Position numbers and translations under genes: made by a program. The notes beneath the pieces are model-generated. The model was given only the letters and a program-made list of their open reading frames with translations, did not search any database and was not told the origin of the DNA. A stretch of 62,674 bases of DNA, filler included, from Nitrospirae bacterium CG2_30_53_67 (GTDB lineage: Bacteria; CG2-30-53-67), in NCBI GenBank assembly GCA_001873285.1. It is 5 parts of 5 records of this genome, joined end to end, with 100 filler letters (N's around TTAATTAATTAA, not from the genome) between each part and the next. Parts side by side here need not be neighbours in the genome. Positions count along the whole stretch, not along the records: positions 52,021 to 62,674 come from MNYV01000048.1; 4 more parts are not named here. One strand, given 5' to 3'. Shown piece by piece: positions 58,209 to 62,674 of the stretch. Within the stretch, counting starts at the first letter, position 1, and each line of letters starts with the position of its first letter.

Positions 58209-59546
58209 TTGGAACTTTTCCAACAGGAAGAAAGGCCGGAGACCGAGCAGGATGCCCCCCTGGCATGGCGGATGCGTCCCAAAAGCCTGGACGAGTTTGA
58301 GGGGCAGCGTCATCTGCTGGCCCACGGCAAACCGCTTCGCAGGGCCATTGAGGAGGACCGCATGGCTTCATTTATCTTCTATGGACCCCCTGGGACCGGC
58401 AAGACTGCATTGGCGGGCCTCATGGCTGAAAGAACCGGCGCGGCCTTTGTTGCTTTGAACGCCGTCACAGCCGGAGTCGTGGATATTCGTAAAGCGGCCA
58501 GAGACGCGGAAGAGGTGAAAAAACTCCGGCAGAGAAAGACCATTCTCTTTGTCGACGAGATCCATCGATTCAATAAGATCCAGCAGGATGCCATGCTTCC
58601 TGATCTGGAAAAGGGGAAGATGATTCTGATCGGCGCTTCTACGGAGAATCCTTTTTTCGCCTTGATCCCGGCCCTCCGTTCCCGTTCCCGGATCCTCGAA
58701 TTCAAACCGCTTCTTGAAGAAGAACTGATGCGCATTTTAAGACGCGCCATGGAGGATCCGGTTCGGGGTTTCGGCCGGATCAAAATCCGGATGTCCGAAG
58801 AAGCCCTGAAACATATCGTGACCCTGGCGGAAGGAGATGCCCGTAAGGCTTTAAACAGCCTGGAAATCGGTGTCCTGTCCACTCTCCCTGTGGACGGGGT
58901 TATCGACTTCACTCTCTCCGTGGCGGAAGAGGCGGTCCAAAAAAAAGCGCTGCTGTACGACAGGGATGGAGACGCCCATTACGATACAGCCTCGGCTTTT
59001 ATAAAGAGCATGCGGGGTTCAGACCCGGACGCTGCCATTTACTATTTGGCCAGGATGATTGAAGCGGGTGAAGACCCCCGCTTCATGGCCAGAAGGATCG
59101 TGATCTGCGCATCCGAAGACGTGGGGAACGCCGACCCGAGAGCGCTTTTGATCGCCGAGGCTGCCCAGCGGGCCGTGGAGAGGGTCGGTATGCCGGAAGC
59201 AAGAATCATTCTGGCCCAGGCGGTCACGTACATCGCCACGGCGCCGAAGAGCAATGCCTCTTATATGGCCGTGGAACAGGCCCTCTCGGACGTCCGTTCC
59301 GGGGAGACACTTCCCATCCCTGATTTCCTCAGGGATTCCCATTATGAGGGCGCCGGATCCTTAGGAAGGGGCAAGGGATACCGGTATCCCCATGATGAAC
59401 CGGGTCACTTTGTTCCTCAAAATTACCTCTCCGTGGAGAAACATTATTATCACCCCACAGGCGAGGGGTACGAGCAGGCGATTCGAGAGAGGATGAACGG
59501 CTGGAAGAAGAAAAAGGAAGCCGTCAAAAATGACACGAACCATTAA
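58209..59546 (+). CDS. rarA: Replication-associated recombination protein A (MgsA)
   Basis: [53 protein letters not shown]. Confidence 0.96.
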   Translation: MELFQQEERPETEQDAPLAWRMRPKSLDEFEGQRHLLAHGKPLRRAIEEDRMASFIFYGPPGTGKTALAGLMAERTGAAFVALNAVTAGVVDIRKAARDAEEVKKLRQRKTILFVDEIHRFNKIQQDAMLPDLEKGKMILIGASTENPFFALIPALRSRSRILEFKPLLEEELMRILRRAMEDPVRGFGRIKIRMSEEALKHIVTLAEGDARKALNSLEIGVLSTLPVDGVIDFTLSVAEEAVQKKALLYDRDGDAHYDTASAFIKSMRGSDPDAAIYYLARMIEAGEDPRFMARRIVICASEDVGNADPRALLIAEAAQRAVERVGMPEARIILAQAVTYIATAPKSNASYMAVEQALSDVRSGETLPIPDFLRDSHYEGAGSLGRGKGYRYPHDEPGHFVPQNYLSVEKHYYHPTGEGYEQAIRERMNGWKKKKEAVKNDTNH

Positions 59547-59557
59547 CCACTAAGGGG

Positions 59558-61132
59558 GTGAAGACCATTCATATGGATTTAATGACCGTACTGTGGATCG
59601 TTCTTTCGGGGATCATCGGGGTCTCTTTAGGATGGATCTTCAGTCAACAGATGTACAAGAGGAAGGCCGGGAAGTCCCGCAAGGAATCCGAAGGGATCAT
59701 CGTTTCGGCAAAAAAACAGGCCGATCAGACGGTGAAGGAGGCTCGTCTTGAAGCCAAGGAGATGATCTACCAGGCCCGCTCCGAGTTTGAAAAGGAGACC
59801 AAGGACGTCCGTTCCGAACTCCAGAGCAGGGAGAAGCGTCTCGCTCAGAAAGAAGAAAACATTGAGAAGCGTTTTACCCTGATCGAGAAGAAGGAGTCGG
59901 ATGTCAAGGGCAGGGAAAAGGGGCTGATGACCATGGAGAAACGGGTTCAGGAGAAAGAGGCCAAGTACAACCAGGCCTTGGCCGAACAGATCCAGAAGCT
60001 GGAACGGATCTCAGGCATGTCTTCTGAAGAGGCCAAGCGGACCCTGATGCAGAACATGGAGGATGAGGCCCGTTTCGAATCCGCTAAGAATGTGAAGCGG
60101 ATTCTGGATGAAACCCGGGAGAACGCGGAGAAAGAGGCAAAAAACATCATCGCCCTGGCCATGCAGAGATGCGCCGCGGACTTTACATCGGAGATCACCG
60201 TCTCCGTGGTGAATCTGCCCAGTGATGAGATGAAGGGGCGGATCATCGGGCGTGAGGGACGGAACATCCGTTCCTTGGAGGCCGCGACCGGCATCGATCT
60301 GATTATCGATGACACCCCGGAAGCCGTGATTCTCTCGGGGTATGATCCGATCCGGAGAGAGGTGGCCCGTATCTCGCTTGAGCGGTTGATCAGCGACGGC
60401 AGGATCCACCCGGCGCGAATCGAAGAGGTGGTGAACAAGGTCCGTAAGGAAGTTGATCAATCGATTAAGGAAGAAGGAGAGAAGGCCACGTTTGACGTGG
60501 GTGTCCATGCGGTGCATCCGGAGATCATCAAGCTGATCGGCCGTTTGAAATACCGGACCAGTTATGGGCAGAACGTCCTGAATCACTCCGAAGAGGTGGC
60601 CTATCTCTGCGGGATCATGGCCTCGGAACTGAAGCTGGATGTGACCCTGGCCAAACGGGCCGGCCTGCTGCATGACATCGGCAAAGCCGTGGACCATGAA
60701 GTCGAGGGGACCCATTCTGCTATTGGGGCGGACCTGGCGCGGAAATACGGCGAAGATCCCAAAGTGATCAATGCCATTGCCTCGCATCACGATGATGTGG
60801 AGGCGATCTGTCCTGAATCCGTCCTGGTCGCGGCTGCGGATGCGCTCTCAGCGGCAAGGCCCGGCGCGAGAAAAGAGAGCCTGGATGCCTATGTCAAGAG
60901 GCTTGAAAAACTCGAAGAGATCGCCAACACCTTCGAAGGTGTGGAAAAGTCTTATGCCATACAGGCCGGCCGCGAGGTTCGGATCATCGTCGAGAATGGA
61001 CAGGTATCCGATGAAAAGGCGGCGATCATGGTGAGAGATATCTGCAAAAAGATCGAACAGGAATTGACCTATCCAGGCAAGATCAAGGTCACCGTGATCA
61101 GGGAGAGCCGTTTTGTGGAATACGCAAAATAA
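59558..61132 (+). CDS. rny: Ribonuclease Y
   Basis: N-terminal TM, coiled coil, KH motif [15 protein letters not shown] motif [15 protein letters not shown]. Confidence 0.97.
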   Translation: MKTIHMDLMTVLWIVLSGIIGVSLGWIFSQQMYKRKAGKSRKESEGIIVSAKKQADQTVKEARLEAKEMIYQARSEFEKETKDVRSELQSREKRLAQKEENIEKRFTLIEKKESDVKGREKGLMTMEKRVQEKEAKYNQALAEQIQKLERISGMSSEEAKRTLMQNMEDEARFESAKNVKRILDETRENAEKEAKNIIALAMQRCAADFTSEITVSVVNLPSDEMKGRIIGREGRNIRSLEAATGIDLIIDDTPEAVILSGYDPIRREVARISLERLISDGRIHPARIEEVVNKVRKEVDQSIKEEGEKATFDVGVHAVHPEIIKLIGRLKYRTSYGQNVLNHSEEVAYLCGIMASELKLDVTLAKRAGLLHDIGKAVDHEVEGTHSAIGADLARKYGEDPKVINAIASHHDDVEAICPESVLVAAADALSAARPGARKESLDAYVKRLEKLEEIANTFEGVEKSYAIQAGREVRIIVENGQVSDEKAAIMVRDICKKIEQELTYPGKIKVTVIRESRFVEYAK

Positions 61133-61166
61133 ATTTGTTAAACGGTTTAACCGTTAAACAAATTTA

Positions 61167-61420
61167 GGATCATCTCCAAAAAAGTGGATGAAAACATCAG
61201 GGGTCAAGGGGTCAAGGATTCCAGGGGTCAAGAGAAGTGCTAAAAACATAAAGGGTCGAGGATTATAGGGTTCAAGGGTTCCAGTGTTTTTCTCTGAAGA
61301 TTTTGCTTGCGTTCTTGTACTCGGTTTACCGGTATCAGTATTTCACTTGAACCCTTGACCCCTCGGCCCCTGGAACCCTATGGATCTTCAACCCTCGAAC
61401 CCTTTTTACCCACTGGAACC
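61167..61420 (+). mobile_element. MITE family A copy 7, 8-bp TSD CAAATTTA
   Basis: CAAATTTA at both 61159-61166 and 61421-61428; GGATCATCTCC left end, shortened right end. Confidence 0.88.
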
Positions 61421-61467
61421 CAAATTTATTCCCCATAATGGGGGAGGGATTATCAGGAAGTTTCCCA

Positions 61468-62247
61468 ATGAAGATCCTTTTTCTCGGCGATATTATCGGT
61501 AAGCCCGGCAGGCAGGCGGCGGCGCGTTCACTTCCGAAACTGATCACCCGGTTCGGAGTCGATCTCTGCGCGGCGAATGGCGAGAACGCCGCCGCAGGCT
61601 TCGGGCTGACACCGAAGGTTTTCGAGGAGCTCAAGGCCATGGAGATCCAGGTCCTGACCTCAGGGAACCATATCTGGAACAAAAAGGAGGTCTACCCGCT
61701 TTTGGATGAACAGAAGAATATTCTCAGGCCGGCCAATTATCCTCCCGGTGTTCCAGGCCGGGGGAGCTGCGTGGTTTCCACGGCTTCGGGCGAGAAGGTC
61801 GCGTTCCTGAACCTGATGGGAAGGGTTTTCATGAACCCGCTTGACTGCCCCTTCCGGTGCGCGGAGGCCGAGGTGGAGAGGCTCCGGCATGAGACGCCGG
61901 TCATCATCGTTGACTTCCATGCCGAGGCCACATCCGAAAAGATCGCCATGGGATGGTTCTTAAACGGCAAGGTCAGCGCCGTCCTGGGGACCCATACCCA
62001 TGTGCAGACCGCGGATGAGACGATCCTTCCCGGCGGGACCGCCTATATCACCGACGTGGGGATGACCGGTCCGAGAGACTCGGTCATCGGCGTCAAAAAA
62101 GAGATTATCATTGAAAAGTACCTCTACCAGATTCCTCAGCGGTTCGACACCGCGAACGGACCCACGCTCCTCTGCGGGGTCCTCCTGGACCTGGATGCCG
62201 GCACAGGGAAGGCAAACCATATCCTGCGTCTTAGACTGGAAGACTAA
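61468..62247 (+). CDS. ymdB: YmdB-family metallophosphoesterase
   Basis: GDIIGKPGR, NGENAA, SGNH, DFHAEATSEK, GTHTHV; follows rny. Confidence 0.93.
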   Translation: MKILFLGDIIGKPGRQAAARSLPKLITRFGVDLCAANGENAAAGFGLTPKVFEELKAMEIQVLTSGNHIWNKKEVYPLLDEQKNILRPANYPPGVPGRGSCVVSTASGEKVAFLNLMGRVFMNPLDCPFRCAEAEVERLRHETPVIIVDFHAEATSEKIAMGWFLNGKVSAVLGTHTHVQTADETILPGGTAYITDVGMTGPRDSVIGVKKEIIIEKYLYQIPQRFDTANGPTLLCGVLLDLDAGTGKANHILRLRLED

Positions 62248-62457
62248 GTGGTCCTGTTCATAAATATGGTGAAGTATTGGCGGCCTTTTAGCCCTCTTTA
62301 TTTTATGTCATTCCCGAGGGTTTAATCGGGAATATGGTTGTTTTGTATGAATAGGTGCTTTCAATTTACGGGTTTTAACGCAAACCAGATCCCCGATAGA
62401 GACATTCGGGGATGACGAATAATAATATTACGTCATCGTATTTATGAATTTGTGTAC
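62248..62457. mobile_element. MITE family B variant with REP-like cargo, TSD TAA
   Basis: TAA|GTGGTCCTGTTCATAAATA ... TATTTATGAATTTGTGTAC|TAA; interior GTCATTCCCG..CGGGAAT and ATCCCCGA..TCGGGGATGAC. Confidence 0.72.
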
Positions 62458-62475
62458 TAAGGATGAACGCAAATC

Positions 62476-62674
62476 ATGGAAGACCTGCAAAGCCTCCCCT
62501 ATGATATCCTGACGGTTCATGAGCTGACGGCAAGGATCCGCGGCCGGCTGGAAGAGACGTTTCCCTCCGTCTGGGTCACGGGCGAAATATCCAATCTCAA
62601 GACTCCCTATTCCGGGCATACCTATTTTACACTGAAGGATGAAGAAGCCCAGATCCAGGCTGTGTTCTTCAAAT
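62476..62674 (+). CDS. xseA: Exodeoxyribonuclease VII large subunit, 3'-truncated by the window edge
   Basis: [28 protein letters not shown]. Confidence 0.93.
   Translation, partial: MEDLQSLPYDILTVHELTARIRGRLEETFPSVWVTGEISNLKTPYSGHTYFTLKDEEAQIQAVFFK

Overview
A GC-rich draft bacterial sequence, most like a deltaproteobacterium (Desulfobacterota-like) or Nitrospirota; this placement is inferred from gene order. It consists of five contigs joined by artificial N/TTAATTAATTAA/N linkers at 18056-18155, 29055-29154, 41230-41329 and 51921-52020, so adjacency across them is not biological. Most of the window is housekeeping: tilS-hpt-ftsH-folP-cdaA-cdaR-glmM-pdxJ-nnr-CBS-tsaE, mnmA, carD, an amidase, truA, a CCA/A-adding enzyme, tRNA-Thr(CGT), a ubiD-family decarboxylase, ccdA, the 3' end of glnD, glgC, holA, rpsT and zapB-zapA-6S RNA-rarA-rny-ymdB-xseA. 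Accessory content includes two intact type II TA modules, a decayed MNT-HEPN pair, a PEP-CTERM protein, an IS1182-family element and an ExeA/HD-GYP/ABC-2 cluster. The most unusual features are non-coding: (1) seven copies of an octamer-repeat MITE with 8-bp TSDs whose ~48-bp core occurs in both orientations; (2) a TAA/TTA-targeting MITE family that sits at gene stop codons; (3) a MITE with a 9-bp TSD; (4) nested REP-like palindromes; (5) a TA module bracketed by a duplicated promoter; (6) two candidate structured RNAs; (7) a tRNA with C at the near-invariant U33. Several deletion scars are also visible (OMP and YunC pseudogenes, a GIDE-LemA fusion). No CRISPR array, rRNA or prophage is visible. 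All calls come from motif recognition by eye; no database searches were run.
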